A stretch of DNA of 64,000 nt from Puccinia triticina (lineage: Eukaryota), in NCBI GenBank assembly GCA_026914245.1, contig CP110439.1, positions 7,936,001 through 8,000,000 on the forward strand, given 5' to 3'. The notes under the pieces were generated by a model. That model worked only from the letters and a program-made list of their open reading frames with translations. It did no database searches and was not told the origin of the DNA. The position numbers and the translations under genes are program-made. This document shows positions 35,447-49,308 of the stretch, in pieces. Position 1 is the first letter of the stretch; each line of letters begins with the position of its first letter.

Positions 35447-38400
35447 CTATGATCTGTCGTTTTTCGAATTTTCTTCTTGGACCTTCTTCATCTTCTCCGC
35501 CATCACCGCCCGCTTCATCATCTCATCTCCTAATTTTCGCAGGGGACACGGAGACAGCAATTCGGAGCCAACCAAGTTTGAGACCTCAAACGAAGTGGTG
35601 AAAACACCCGGGCAATGTTCGAGGCTTGCGGTAAGGAAGAGCTGACTACTGGTAAGCTTTGTCTGTCTCTCGGTTTCCTGTTGAAGCGAGGGAGGCAAGC
35701 CGGATCCAGTAGGACTCATGCTGCCATGGGACGATGATAAGAGGCTACGCGCCCCCAAAGATGTTTCCAGTCGGCGTGGTGTACGTGGCGTGCTTTCGAC
35801 GGTCGCCCTTACAGCTTTCATCTGCTGGGCAACCGATTTGAACTGCGCAAGTCATCGTGAAATGAGAGTTTACTAAGTCAGCTGCGTTGATAGGCACGTA
35901 GAACAAGGGCTGAGCGGAAAGCATTACCTCTAAAAACCCTTTCACAATCCACTTGGTGGAATGACCTCGGTCATCTGAAGGAATGACTACAACCTTTGAC
36001 CTGTGATCGGTGAACTTTAGTCCGCACTGTTTGGACTGCTCCTTGATTAGATGATGAACTTCGACTTTGGTTGCTTTTGATACATCCTCTGCAATTGCAG
36101 GCGGCAAGAATGAGTTGGAGCTGAGCTGCAGCTCGAACTGATACCCAACTCTCAGCCGGTCGGCCGATTGGTAATACACCTGGTGAGAAAGCTAAACTCA
36201 GAAGGATCAGTCGGGTGCAGCTGCTCAGCTTTGGCAACGAGGGCTCTTACCGAGAGTTCATCGACTGCACCAAGGTAACCACCTGCAAACGGAATGCGTC
36301 CTTTGCGTGACTGCGTTCTAAACGGCTGGGTAGTGACTTGATAACGTGCCTCAGCCTGTGTAGTTACATGTAGCTTGACACTCAATCTGTTCGACAAAAG
36401 CGAAACAAGTAGTTTGTAAGCATCTCTGAATAGGAAGAACAGATAAAAAATGTTACTCAACGATTCTTGGTTCGACAGCAGCTGTTTTCGATCTGCATTC
36501 AGCTGCAAAGAGTAGGACACATCCCCCTAAATTTTGTTTTGATTGAGTAAGTTTTTTTTGGTAACATCAGTAACTCAGCCACCCAAGGCAAATTGGGTTG
36601 ATCGACTTACGGAGCTATGATTGCCAGTGCTGGGTAGGGGGAGCGGACCAGGTTGGCAAGGACAATTAGCGTATCCGGGAATGGTGAGCTCAATGTGCCA
36701 CTCGCATAGATCGCCTGAGTGGGAGATCGGTTGAACTTCGTCGGAAGGGTTAGGATGGATCATGTAGTTGTGACGCAAGAAATCGTGGGTAGCCAACGGT
36801 TGTGAGTCGCCGTCGGAAGTCGAATTCCCGATTAGCATGAGATAGATGGACGTGTATTTCCGGACTTTGACTTTGTTGGACAGTTTGACGTGCACCGATA
36901 TCCTCTGTCCTGGGCTGAAGGTCGCAGAAGTCGGCCGGGGAGAAATTGATACCGTAAAATAACGAGATTTGCTTTGAAAATCTTCCGGGGGGAGCCTCAA
37001 TGAGTTTTCCACACATGATCGCTGACTTTTGACTTCGACTAGCCGATCCGAGGTTGCAGCCAATGGTGCTGCGGCGTAGAATGCATTCCGCTTGGAAGAT
37101 GAGGAGCGTTGATTGATGAGAAGATTGGGAACACTTTGCGATATTTCCGGGGCCGAGCCAAGATCACGGCCGAGGGATGGAGATGGGACGAGCTTCTGTG
37201 ATATCGAGACCGGAGCAGCAGATTCACCCAAAGTTGATTGCTCTTTAGATACAGCTGCTTCGGTAGGCGGTAGATCGGGCTTCAAAGAGGCTTTGACCAA
37301 GTCTGCATGCTCCTCACGTGCAACACGGCCTTGAATTGTTGGGAGACTAGGAGCGTAGGTTATGACGTTTTTGCTTGTGGTGGGCTTTGAGACGGGGAAC
37401 TGACGCCCAGTCATGAAATCCCTGCTTAGAGATGAAGCAGATTCCTTGATTGAACCGGGGCAAGTCGCAGTTGCAGGTCTCTTGTACATGTTCAGGTTGG
37501 ATACTCGGGGCTCGGCAGAAGCTACTTTAGCCCCGGGCATCAGTAGCGAAGGCATAACGGACGATGTGCCAACAGCGGTGTTGGGACAAGGCGTGCTTCG
37601 ATTATAAGAGCCAGGTTTGGGGCTAGCCTGTGCGAACGTCGGTTCTGTTGTACCAGTTGCGGTGTTAGGGCGCCGCTTACTGTTCTTATGCGATTTACTG
37701 ACATTTTGGTGCAGGTTGGTGATCCGAGCGATCAAGCTCACATTGGAAGGCGCGGGTCGAGGAACTTTAGCTATCGAGATACCGGTCAAAACTTCTTGAG
37801 ATTCGTTTGCCGAGTGTGTCAAGTAGCGGCCATTATCTGGTGATGATGATGAAAGCTCGGAGGCATTGGCACCAAAGGGCCCGGCTAGGGATTTACCCGC
37901 AAGACTTGGACGACGGTGCACTTCAAAATTCTTGTGTTTATCCGTTGGAGGTGAGCATGAGCGTGAGCCGCCGCAGACGGAGTGATCGTTGAAGCTTGTA
38001 CCTGAGGTCGAGATGAGAGTTTCTTTTCCAGATAGCGAGCTTGTGCTAGCAGAGAGACCGCAAAGGTGCTGATAAAATGGGCTGTCGCTCCCACTGTAAA
38101 CTTGCCAATTGGGAAAATCACCATTGACATTCCGCAGACGGTCGCGTGGTGTAGAGATCATAGCAGCTTGCCACATGTCCACCGCGATAGGGGCCCTCCG
38201 ACCAGAGCTAAAAGATTCGTCCGAATCCGATTGAGGGATCTTGGCTTCTCTCAGCAGCGTCCTCAAGTTGGCGCCACGGTGGACTACATCTGGACGTTCA
38301 ACGGAATCGGAGGAAGCTCCTTCACCCTTGACCGTCACCTCCAGAGTCATATCTTTGCGATCAGGCTCTCTGAGTGGGTTGCGGGGTGACTTCGTTCGGG

Positions 38401-39546
38401 TTCTTGCCGTGGGCGAGAAATTCAACGGCCGAGGTTCTAGCGAGTTGGAATGCTTGATTGGAGAATTTTCTTCATGCAAAGCACCCATTTTCTTGAGAGG
38501 GAAAGGGATTGATTTTGATGGGGGTGAGGGGCTAATATTACCGTTGATGGGATGGAGGAGTCCCAAATGATTGTTTTTGGCGAAAGGGGAGAGTCTCAAG
38601 TTAGTTTGATCGAGCATGTCTGTGGCAGCGACGGCGGTCGTATTCGACGGCTGTGCGATGAGCGTTCGGGGAGCTTGCGAGTTGGGGTCGGAATCGTTCA
38701 AGGAACTTGATGCTTCAGCGAAGGGAGACGAGTCCCTGAAAGTGGTAGACAAGATAGGGAGCTGATATCGGGTAGCCAAGGAATCAGCAAGCAAAGACAT
38801 TGGCTTGACGGCGTGAGACGGCGGCAACTTCTCGATGTTAGAGTCGAATGGAAGAATTCCTGATGGGACCTGATTCAAAAGATGTGTTCAACTCAGGAGT
38901 AATAATAAATAAGACCTGGTAGGTAGACAGAAGTACTCACCAACGTTATACTTGAGGAGCCGGCAGCAACTGAGCGTGAAGTAGAACAAGGGTCGGATCT
39001 GAAACTGCAACTCGAGCAGACTCCAAGAAGCTTCCCTCCGGTCCAACTTGGAGTTGATGATACTGGACAATCCGACAGGGAGGGCTTGAAAGTCCCGACA
39101 ACCGGGGTCCTACCATCCGACTCATTCGGGGTAGCAAGTCTGTCTCCCAGGTTGGTCGAGACAGGCTTGACGAAAGCGGGATTGGTTAATGAGGGAAGCG
39201 TAGTCTCTGCGAAGAAGTCTGTGTTGATTGAGCTAGGCTCAGAGCTAGTAGAGCGACTACTAGTCGATAAAGGGGGCGGGACGTCAGCCGCGGGGTCTCT
39301 CCGGATACGTTGATCGGACGGGCTAAACCAGGTGGAGGTAGTAAAGCAATTGACGCATTGGATCACCAGGGGGGATCCTCTGAGAACATCAGGGCCAAGA
39401 GGGCAATCGACCTTGACGGAGGAAGTCTCGAGAGATATTGGGCGACACTGGGGCATCACAGATTCGCAACGAGATTTGATGGCAGCTTTGGAGGTTGAGG
39501 AGGTAGCCGCGAAACTTTGACCAGGTGGAGATGGTCGGAAATCCAT
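35447..39546 (-). CDS. Long Ser/Pro-rich protein with C-terminal arrestin-like beta-sandwich region, multi-exon
   Basis: In-frame introns 38940-38870 and 36610-36527 join the 219-aa and 767-aa ORFs. The segment TFSPGQRISVHVKL...IYLMLIG...WHIELTIP...LPLPST...VSYSLQL resembles Arrestin_N. Later exons approximate. Confidence 0.7.
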
Positions 39547-42500
39547 GACCAACTTGATAGAGCGATATGAATGTTTGCAGCCTTCAGGTCAATGGCGAGT
39601 TGGGCAGCTGGGGAGCAGAGATCCGTACTACCAACAAAAAAGAGATTATTTGTCATGAGTTACACTGAGAGAGACAAACAGTTCCCGCGGAAGGGCCGCG
39701 AAAATGAACAAATGATAGTTAAGAAAGCTCAAGGAGGAAAATATTAGTCTGAGTCACTGAGCTCGAGGTCTCAGTTAAAGCCCCTATGTGGGCGGCAAGC
39801 TGGGTCCATACATACATGATACGTGCGAGCTGGGCAAGCTTCCGCTGAGAAGCTGAGAGTCTAGTAGAATATCCGAGAGTCACTTCCGCTGAAGAACCGG
39901 GAGCCTATGGGGTAGGGGTCAGAAGACCCTACTGGTAATTCTGGCAGACTTCAGACTTCGCGATTCTCGGAATAATCGATATTGAGGTATGAGAACATCA
40001 ATGAAAAGAATCACAGCCAAAGGGCTCTCACCCGGGAATTAGTGGCCGCAGGAAGTTGTTTGAGGTTATGTAAATATGTAAGGCAGGATGACAGTGGCTT
40101 GGTGTTGAACTGGGACAATCGGAGAAGTCGGCCCTTCACGCTGAGAAAATGGAGTTCCACAGGCGAGGAAGCAGCCGGGGGGAAGGCCTTTCTTTGAATG
40201 TAATCTGGTGGGACTCTCCCCTTGAAGGCTGTGAATATAAGATGCGACAGGACGAGCTACGGGAGGCGGTGATAAGAATTGGCCCTATTAGTAGACTCTG
40301 AGGATGCGAGTCTACTTAGAAGGCGATCTTTCAACGGGTGGAGGAGGATAGGTTGGGACGATTCAAATATTGAAATAAATAAGAACAAATACGCGCAGGT
40401 GCGACTGGTGAGCTTTATGCTTCGCTCCAGCTCTAGTCTTCCTGGACGAGGAAGATCAACCGGGGTAGAAAAACAGCTCAACACGCAAGCAAGCGAACCG
40501 TTGAAGGTGCGTATGGCGGAGGGTTAATGGGAGATTCAAGTTTATTTAAATGATGATAAACCCATATCGGAGCGACGGACAGGGCGATGTTTAACTTGAG
40601 GCGATGAGTACCTTACGTAGAAATCTTCAATCCAAGACAAAGTATTGACCTGAGGAGCGTGGATGAGCGAGGCTGATCGGGATTTTAACACCGATCTCTG
40701 ATGATGGAGCTCAGCATGTTTATCATTCGCTACCAGAGCAGATTATTGACTGAGTTGGTTGGAGCAAAGAGAAAAGTAGGGAAGAGCTGTGGATATTGTA
40801 GGTACTGGTGATATGTAGTATGTAATGATTTGTTTATGTAGCTTCTATGCGAACCTCTACCAAATATCCTAAAATGACTGGAATGCCCACCTGCCCATCG
40901 GGAATGCTTGGCAGATGGCCATTTTGCAATTCTTCGAGAGACAGGCAAACCACGAGACGGGTGTCGTTATGTGCACATTGAGAGGCTGCCAGGCCACGCA
41001 GGGAGAGCTGAGATCGAATATATGCAGCAAATAAACATGCGTCTTGCCCTGCCGAGGCGACGAGCCGCGCTGAGATTACGCAGCAAAATCTGAGGATAGT
41101 GATCATCACCAGTGTCCGAATAAAACGTCTAATGAAAAGACTTACGCCGGAAGCTTCCCAGTTGTAAGGGATCAGATTTAAGTTTCGTTGGACAGATGGA
41201 TGGAAGACCAGTTCAGCGACCTCCCGTTTGAACCGGCAAAGGAAACACCGTTTGCAAGGTTCCTGGGGTAAAGCAATGGGGCGGCGATTGGTAGGTGCGC
41301 CGAAAGCCTCGGAAGATATCTAAACGAGATAAAGGATCAAAAAGGTGTGCTACGTCCGGACTCTCAATCTAGTGCGATTGTTGAGATGTTGAGTCTGCAT
41401 AGACAGCTTTGCGCGAAAATGTGAGATGAAAGCCGTTTAAATGCGCCGAAGGGTCTTAAGAGAATCACCACCGGCACGATAACAGTTCAAGTGCTAAATC
41501 ACACCGAAAGGTTATGTATTGGAATTGAGATAATCTTTGGAAATCAATTCACGTCCGATAAAGAAAAGAGTTGAGAGCAGCGAGTGGGCTGGCAAAGGGC
41601 AAGGTGGATGGCTGATTGGGACACAGATCCTTTGAAGGCTGATGAATTAACTCGTCCGAAGAGTTGATATGTAGGCTCTTCCTCACGACGAAACAGAGAA
41701 ATGATGCGTTTAACACTATTAAGCGCGCGGCCCATGAACCGCGACGATGACACTATGTAAAAAACACTTGAGTCTATCTAACAACCAACAAGTCAGCCCA
41801 TTCCCAAGTTCTGTTGTCCCCCATTATTCAGGGATGACTCTTGTGGATTCAAACCGGAATGACCTGGAATCACGTTTTCGCGCTGAAATTTTAAGTTTAT
41901 TGGCCTGCCTGCCGGCTATGTATTCATGCGGGTATTACACGACGTGACGAGGGACAGGGAAGAGGAGGAAGTCCATAGAAGAAGAAGGAGGAATGATAAC
42001 ATAAGGGCACAGTATACCAAAAAGCTTGAAGAGTGGTGGTTTTCGCTTACATATTCCTTGCCTTGCCTGTAGTAGGATGTTGAGGTCCATGTAAGTAGGA
42101 GCTTGAGTCATTCAGCACGATGGCAATCACTACGCGCAACGGAAGAGTGAGGAAAGAACTTACAAAGATCCCAAGTTTTGAAATCGGAAGTCGAATGTAA
42201 ATAAATATGTCAAAAGAATTCCGGTTGTACCAGAGTGACTTGAGCCAACACTCATGTACAACCATCTGGGCTGGAGTGCGAGTCAATCATCTTTGTCTCT
42301 TACACAGGCTTCAACTGAAAATATCATCACCAACAACAATGGTTGACATGGCTGTATATATCTCAATAATGCCAATCTATCCTCAAGATGCATGTTTAGG
42401 GGCATCGAGAAATGGCCCCGATCCGGTAAAAATGAAATGGCAAGAGGAGTTCATGACTAGAAGTACATTAATGAGTTTGGCGCTCTGATCTAGTTGTGTA

Positions 42501-43839
42501 ATTATCTTGTTTTCGTGCAGAAGCTTGAAATTTGGTGGACCACAATTGAGCAAGGCTCTAGGATCACTGGCCCCTAAAGCAAGAACATTTTTTGTGCCTG
42601 GAAAATTGATGGTGATGCAGAAAGAGCGCAAAATACATAAATACTTACGTGAACCCATACCTCAATTTACCCAACCATGCTCAAAATTATCCTGAAATAT
42701 TTCCATATTAATTATGCATGGTTTTCAATCAAATCAGTGCGGCGAGAGTGATCACTCACTGATCAGTGGTGATCACCATTTGATCACAAGATGACTTCAT
42801 TCAATTTCAACCCCATGACACACGCACAAATTTTTGAATCACTAACTGACCTAAGTGGGACTTTAGAAATTTAGGTAACATGTCACTGTGTTAAGGGGAT
42901 TCTACAGAGCTGCAGATGATGCCAATCAAGTGGTGTGACTTCTATGCGAGCAAGGAAGATGGAAGTTGGAACTGAGATCATGCAAATTATTTACAGTTTT
43001 TTGTTTTGAACCATGAATGCATCTGGCACAGAGATTTCGCCCTTTGCTCGGCAGGAGAGAGGCTTACGCCCACAGTTGCCTGCGTGGCTTGATTACACCA
43101 CGGGTGCGGTCGGGTGTCCCAAGGACGTAGCCAAGAAAAGTGCCCCAAATGTGTTTAAAGTGATTGAGTACCAACCATCACATCAGGCTGACTGTTAGTC
43201 TGTTGTGATGGCTGGTCAGTCTCCGGGATGGCGGTGACACAAAAGCGCCCGAGGGATGTGATGATTTATTCCAATGTACGCCAATGAAAACGCGGAGCCA
43301 AGAAATTTGGCAATAAATGAGGAAGGAGGTCTTCTACATAGAACTGAAAACCCAGGGCCATAAAGCCACAACCAAAATTCAAAATTTAATGTATTAGCCC
43401 GGCCCGGCCCGTTGGCTAAGCTTGTGGTATTCCCCAGGATGGCCAGTGGGCGGCTCAAACTCGTCCAATAGCCATGTTTGTTTGAGGCTACATTTCAATT
43501 TGTGGGAGGGAATGTTTGAAATTGGCCTCACTCCTGAAATACCAGCAGGGCAGAAATTCATGAAATATGACCCTGTTTGTCAACAATATTATATTGCCAG
43601 TGTAATAATGAAAATTCTTGCAACACCTCATCAAGTTTTAGTGGAGTTGGTTGGATGTCACGCAGGATGACATGCAAAAGCTACATTATTAAGCCCACAA
43701 AAAAGCACTGATAATTGGGGCCTACATCTTGGCTATCCCAGCTGTAGAACATGGCTTGCTACCTTTCACACAAATTTAAATATTTATGTGAGTTTTCTAT
43801 TAGTCTGTTATCATGATGTATCACCACAGTATGGAGGGC

Positions 43840-44706
43840 TGTTGGACTGATCCATGAGAAGTACCAACCAACCACCCAGCTGGAATCCACAAGCATGTCA
43901 GCTATCCGCCAGTCCAGACAGCACGGCAACTGTCAATCCCGCTCCAATTAGCGGGCCAAAGAGTCTCCCCGCGAGGGAGAACACTGAAAGCAAGTGACAT
44001 GTAAATGAAATGGATCAAACAAGCATATCACAGATCATATAGTACAAGTAGGAGGAATTCCTCCAACTTGGAAGATTCCTCAGATTAGATACCACACCCA
44101 ACTTGATTGTAGTTTTGACCAACTCAAATACTGCAATTGGGGCTTTCATCTATCTCTTTTCCTTTTATCTTCATTTTGACTTTGACACCTCCGCTCAACC
44201 TTGCCAATACCAGGTAAGTCAAGCTTACTATTCTTATCTCTTCTTCATCTAGTTTCCTAGAGAGTCGTGATAGACTCCGGTTGACAAGAAGTCAACAGCC
44301 CCTCCTTAAGGAGGCGTGGTTTCATTCCTTCGGCTGAGCCGGTAGAGTAGAGCTCCAACAAGTACGTTGTGATAGCTGTTATCATACAATTCCATTCAGA
44401 GCGCGGTCACTGAAGAGACACACCCTGACAAGCAGCTGTAATTGTAAAGGCAGCACTCTAGTATGTGTATCAGTCAGCATAGCTGAGACTACAGGCAATT
44501 TTCAATCAGGTGCTTCTGCAAGTTTCAGTGTCACACTGTTGTTTCAATCCCACAATATCTACTGTGGATGTTGTTGTGACACTGTCTGATAACTCAACTG
44601 CAGCACCTGTCACAGCTATTGTACATAACGTATATAGTTCTCTTTCCTCACGTTATGAGAAAAGTATCACCTTTTCCAAGTCTGCTCTCCAACAGGTTAT
44701 GAGCCT
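43840..44706 (+). mobile_element. Copia-like LTR remnant(s) followed by a primer-binding site
   Basis: tgttgga at 43840. ...ctccaaca at 44694 is directly followed by ggttatgagcc, the same PBS type as at 10838. Internal structure unresolved. Confidence 0.5.
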
Positions 44707-45830
44707 CTTGCCAGAGTAGCTTGCAGATACACAGCAACACCTGTTTGTATGTTGTGTGAGGTTGTGATTTCAATTCTCAACAGACACACCTTCAATTTTC
44801 AGTCTCGGAAATTTAATGTCTTCAAGATGGAAACATTTACATTCCAATTGGTCAATTCAGTACATGCAGGGGAAGTTTTGATGGAATCAAACAGCTTTTA
44901 AGGTTTTCTCTTTTGCATTTAAAATGCAGGGTAAATGCAGGGTTAAAAAAATTCTGATGGTGTAAATTTTCACCAGCAAAGAAAATAAGAAAGCAAAAGT
45001 GTCAGGCCAAACTTGGAAATAGAGTGCAATTCCCTCATTTGGAGGGTCCATGTGGGAAAATTGGATACATCCTTGATAATGGAAGCTGCATATTACAGGT
45101 AATAGTCTACTAGCTTTTAAGAGTGTCTTTGTCAGCCTTGTTGATGCCAAGAACCTTGTTCTTCTAGCAACACTGGATGATGAGCATGAGATAAGGATGG
45201 CAAGGTGCGATTTGAGGATGTATTTCCAAAGAAAGAAAAAGAGAGGGGCTCAATGGAGTGGAGGTGGTTTTGATCCCTCTGAAGAATGGATACTGGGGAC
45301 TGCTAGGCAGAGGTAGTTTAATCCCAGGAATAAATTAAATAATCTTGTCAATAAATTGAAGTGTTTAGTACTTACTGATAACTGAAATTCCCCAAGGATC
45401 AACAAACGGGATGAATGGAAAAGAAGTTGAGAGTGACAGAAGTATATAAATATATCCTGAAAGTAGAGTCAACTGTAGACTCATATTGAAGTCAACAGAG
45501 GAGAAAGGTGGTCAGGACTCTGTTTGGGTGTAAAATGCGGGGAGAGGAAATGAAAAGATACTACCGCCTTTAAATATGGATCCCTCCTTCATAGCAAGGA
45601 CTTCACTCAAAGTTTATAATTTTGAAATAATTTGAGGATGATTACCTCACTATTCATAAGCCGTAAAAACTTGCCGCTCCAGAGCCTTATTCACACTAGC
45701 AAAAGGCTATGCGTGACCACAATAGGCTATAAGTGAAATCTTAACATCTTATCAGAGAATTCTTGCAGACAAGATTACACTTACTAATAGCAATAGGCTA
45801 CAAATGACATTATCTCACAGTGGCTTGTTG

Positions 45831-46208
45831 TAGAGATGGCAAACAGGTACCTGTCTGAATTCAATGAAACCGCTTCTTGAGTGCTTGTGATCAAATAAAT
45901 TCAATATGTAAAACTTCCATGAGATGAAGAACTAATTGAACTTGATTAGGACACTCAGCTAACTGCATGGTAAGGCACACATACAAGTGCAGATGGCAAA
46001 TAGCTCACAGGTACCTGCCAGGAGGTACCTGTGGGCTATTTGCCATCTGGCCTTGTATGTGTGCCTTACCATGCAGTTAGCTGAGTGTCCTACTCAAGTT
46101 CAAGTAGTTCTCCATCTCATGGAAGTGTTACATATTGAATTTATTTGATCACAAGCACTCAAGAAGCGGTTTCATTGAAATCAGACAGGTACCTGTTTGC
46201 CACCTCTA
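45831..46208. mobile_element. hAT-type foldback MITE, near-perfect 378-bp palindrome, 8-bp TSD GCTTGTTG
   Basis: tagagatggcaaacaggtacctg...caggtacctgtttgccacctcta. TSD at 45823-45830 and 46209-46216. Confidence 0.92.
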
Positions 46209-46953
46209 GCTTGTTGATAAAACCTTATGAATAGTCATGGTGATCCTGAGGGTCTAAATGGTCTGATGGGGGAAGACCATTCCCACTTGAAGGCCTTGCA
46301 AGCTTCCCTTGGAATGCGGGTCCCAGGTTTGAATCCTGGTGGCCCCACTGCTCCTCCTCTGTTATGGTCAATTATATGGATAGGCAAATGGGATCTGGGG
46401 GTTCTGGATCCTACAAGGTACATTTCAGGACTCCTCTGTCAACAGATCTGAATATTTTGTCAAGTTGTAAATCTTGTCTGGTAAATTTGATATTTCCCAC
46501 ACAAAATTTAGCTACAGCCTAATTTTGGGCTTACGCCATACTACTATAACCATAGTGTGCAATTTCAAATCAATAAGCAAGTGTGCGATTTCAAATCAAT
46601 AAGAACTTAAAAATTGTGTATCCTAGACTCTAGTGACTCACTTTTGGAAAGTTCATTGTTTTTGAATCTTTGCAATATTATACATAAATAGCAAGTTTTG
46701 TCCTGTAGGGCTTGCACCATAGTCTGAGGGAAGGCTATAAAAAAAACCCACAAGAATGTGCACACAAGTTACTCAGTGCAGCTTTTAAATTAACCATTTC
46801 TTTTAAATCCAGTAGTTTAGGGATTTTTGTGAAATTTTTGTGGGTGACAGGATTTATATGAACTGCCTCAAATTATATAGGCCAGAAGGGAAAATTCATG
46901 CCTACAAGCTAAGCTACTGTATTTTAACCCATGATAAGAAGGCAAGGAACTGT

Positions 46954-47207
46954 CACTACAAGAAAAATTTACTCAACTGCTAGCAGTTGACATGTGGGTT
47001 ACTGCTGTGGAACTGCTGTTCTAGCTCTGCTCCACCAAAACACACATATTTCTGCACATTCACTATGCCTGATGCAAATTGACTTTACATTGAAGCTTGG
47101 TCAACAGTAAGCCTTGAAAAAGTTGTGTGTAAATACCACAAGCTTACTTGGAGTTCTTGCATATCAACTGTGCAGTGTGTGCAGTTGCTTGAATTTTTCT
47201 TACAGTG
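46954..47207. mobile_element. CACTA-type MITE, third copy, diverged
   Basis: cactacaagaaaaatt...aatttttcttacagtg with flanks tgt/tct. Confidence 0.75.
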
Positions 47208-48554
47208 TCTAAACCACACAAGAGGGACTTTCTAAGTTCAGATGTCACAGCCAAATCCCCCAAGATAAAGCTGATAATTTAAGCCTTTTGTTGAGAGCCC
47301 CAAATTCATCACAGAGAGTACCATTTTTTTCTATTTCTTTTTTGGCATGGATTCTCAACGGATTTCAGGACAGAATGTTATTCATGAAGCCATTTCAACC
47401 CAAACTTAAACAAGCCTCCCTGGAGGAGGGCCCACAGGGTCTCGGTCTCAGAGACAGAGGCTTGCACTTTGTGCAAGACGTGACTGCCCAAATCCAAAGG
47501 GAAGACTGATCAAGTAGAGAGCTTGAACTTTCCTTGTAAATGTTTCAAATTCAGAATCATCCACAGTCTGTGAGTTGAGAAACATCATCAGGACATAAAT
47601 TCTCACTGGAGTCCAAATAATTTCTACAGAAAAACATAAGAGAGATATTTCTTTATACACATCTTTTTTCCTTAGACAAATAATCAGGAAAAAGAGGTAT
47701 CTACGTATATTTGTGTCAGAAGAAAACAAAAACATGTACATTGAATGAAATTACAAACTTAAAAAGAAAAAAAACAAGAACCCAAATCCATATCTCTCCC
47801 ATGATGCATTAAAGCTGTATATGATATTAGTGATCAGAAGTGATCATTGCGGTATTGGATAAATATTGAAGTTTTCTTCGTTTTCTTTTTCTTTCTTGCA
47901 TATGTAATTACTGAAAAGATAAGCAAATCTACAAGGCAAGAAGCCCTCCCCCCAAACAAAAAAAAAAAAAACCTAATCACAATTTATGCACAAATAAGAA
48001 AAAGAGCAGGAAAAATAAGACCCCATTATATGCTGTGGCACACTACTATAATGGATTGTGCTTTGGCAGATTTATTTGGATTTCCCACACAGGATATCTA
48101 TCTTTTGAATTCATGCTGAGAACTGAGAAACTGTTTTCCATCACATAGGTATATCCAAAGGAAAGGGAGGCCTGATACTGAGTACGCCAAAGTCCTTGAG
48201 GGTAAGCCTATGTCGGGATCTTCAGAGAATACTGTCTCCGCTATTAGCCTTTTCTCTGTCACATCTGTTATATGTTGCTTTTTTTGTGACTTAGGCTGCT
48301 CTTTTGATATGAATTCATCTTGGCCGGGATGCTTTGAAATTGCTATATCTACAAAGTTGAATCTTTCATTCTCTTACCCCTACAAGTTATTTGTGCCAAT
48401 TATTCTGTAATTATGGTGTCTTGTAAATTTGGAATAGCTTTTTGAGCTTTTCCATTCAACCAAAAAAGAAAAGGATGCTGGATTTATTCTTGATGGCTTC
48501 ACTTGGGACTTGTGCGTCTATCTTTTTCATACATAAATACTGCTTAAACACTTA

Positions 48555-48696
48555 GGCTCTGTTTGGAGCCGATATAATTGCGCGATATAATCTGGAATTT
48601 TGTGACATCTGATCCAGTTTTGGCGGACCTGATTAGATGTCACATAGGATGTCAGGCAAAAAAACTGCCCGGATTATATCGGCTCCAAACGGGGCC
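48555..48696. mobile_element. Tourist-like (PIF/Harbinger) MITE, TSD TTA
   Basis: ggctctgtttggagccgatataat / attatatcggctccaaacggggcc with tta on both sides. Confidence 0.9.
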
Positions 48697-49308
48697 TTAC
48701 ATTCTCTCTTCTGCCATGCTCGATTTTTTTCCAGTGATGACCAAAACGGAACGAGTCTTACTCAGAGCCCAGTTTAGTTTGAATGGTCCATTGCCTTAAT
48801 TTGGATCTTCAGTTCCTTTTCTGTAGTTTTGTGCATTGTTGTCGGAGAAGATTGTTCACTTGTTAATCAGTGATATTTTCTATATATTGACCATTGTAAG
48901 CAGATACGGAGAGTTCATAGCTTTGCTATATTCAACTCTGAACAAACAAAACCCTTGAGAACGAATGTTTACAATTTGTCTGAATGGCACATTTATCAGG
49001 CTGGAACTATCATAAGTAATCCTCTAAGTGCCCTATTTCCCCGGGGGTCTACACCAACCAATCGGGAGAACACGTTGGGGAGGAGAAAGAACACGTCTGT
49101 TTGTATTGCTCAAACGTATGTTCATATGGACTTGTTATGCTTTCCAGCAGGAGACTTCCTGGTTTTCGGGGGAGGGGGAAGAAGGGGTTGAAATGTGTTT
49201 TCAGCGGATATATGTCATACGAAATTGAAGGCGGTATTTCTTTTGGGGTACAATTGTAAGCTTAAGAGTACATTTGATTGAGTGGAGGCTTATTGATCGA
49301 TTCATGCT

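Noticed and set aside
39700..42000. Possible spliced gene on the minus strand (CpG-rich, several donor and acceptor motifs)
   Set aside because: Could not join the frames into a consistent ORF or recognise a domain. It may be UTR or a small gene and needs RNA-seq.
44190..44260. Intron-like gtaagt...cctag inside an LTR remnant as a third repeat-bracketed intron
   Set aside because: No direct repeat or hairpin brackets the splice sites.
47500..48950. Degenerate minus-strand coding-like sequence split by the Tourist MITE
   Set aside because: Many stops and no recognisable motif.
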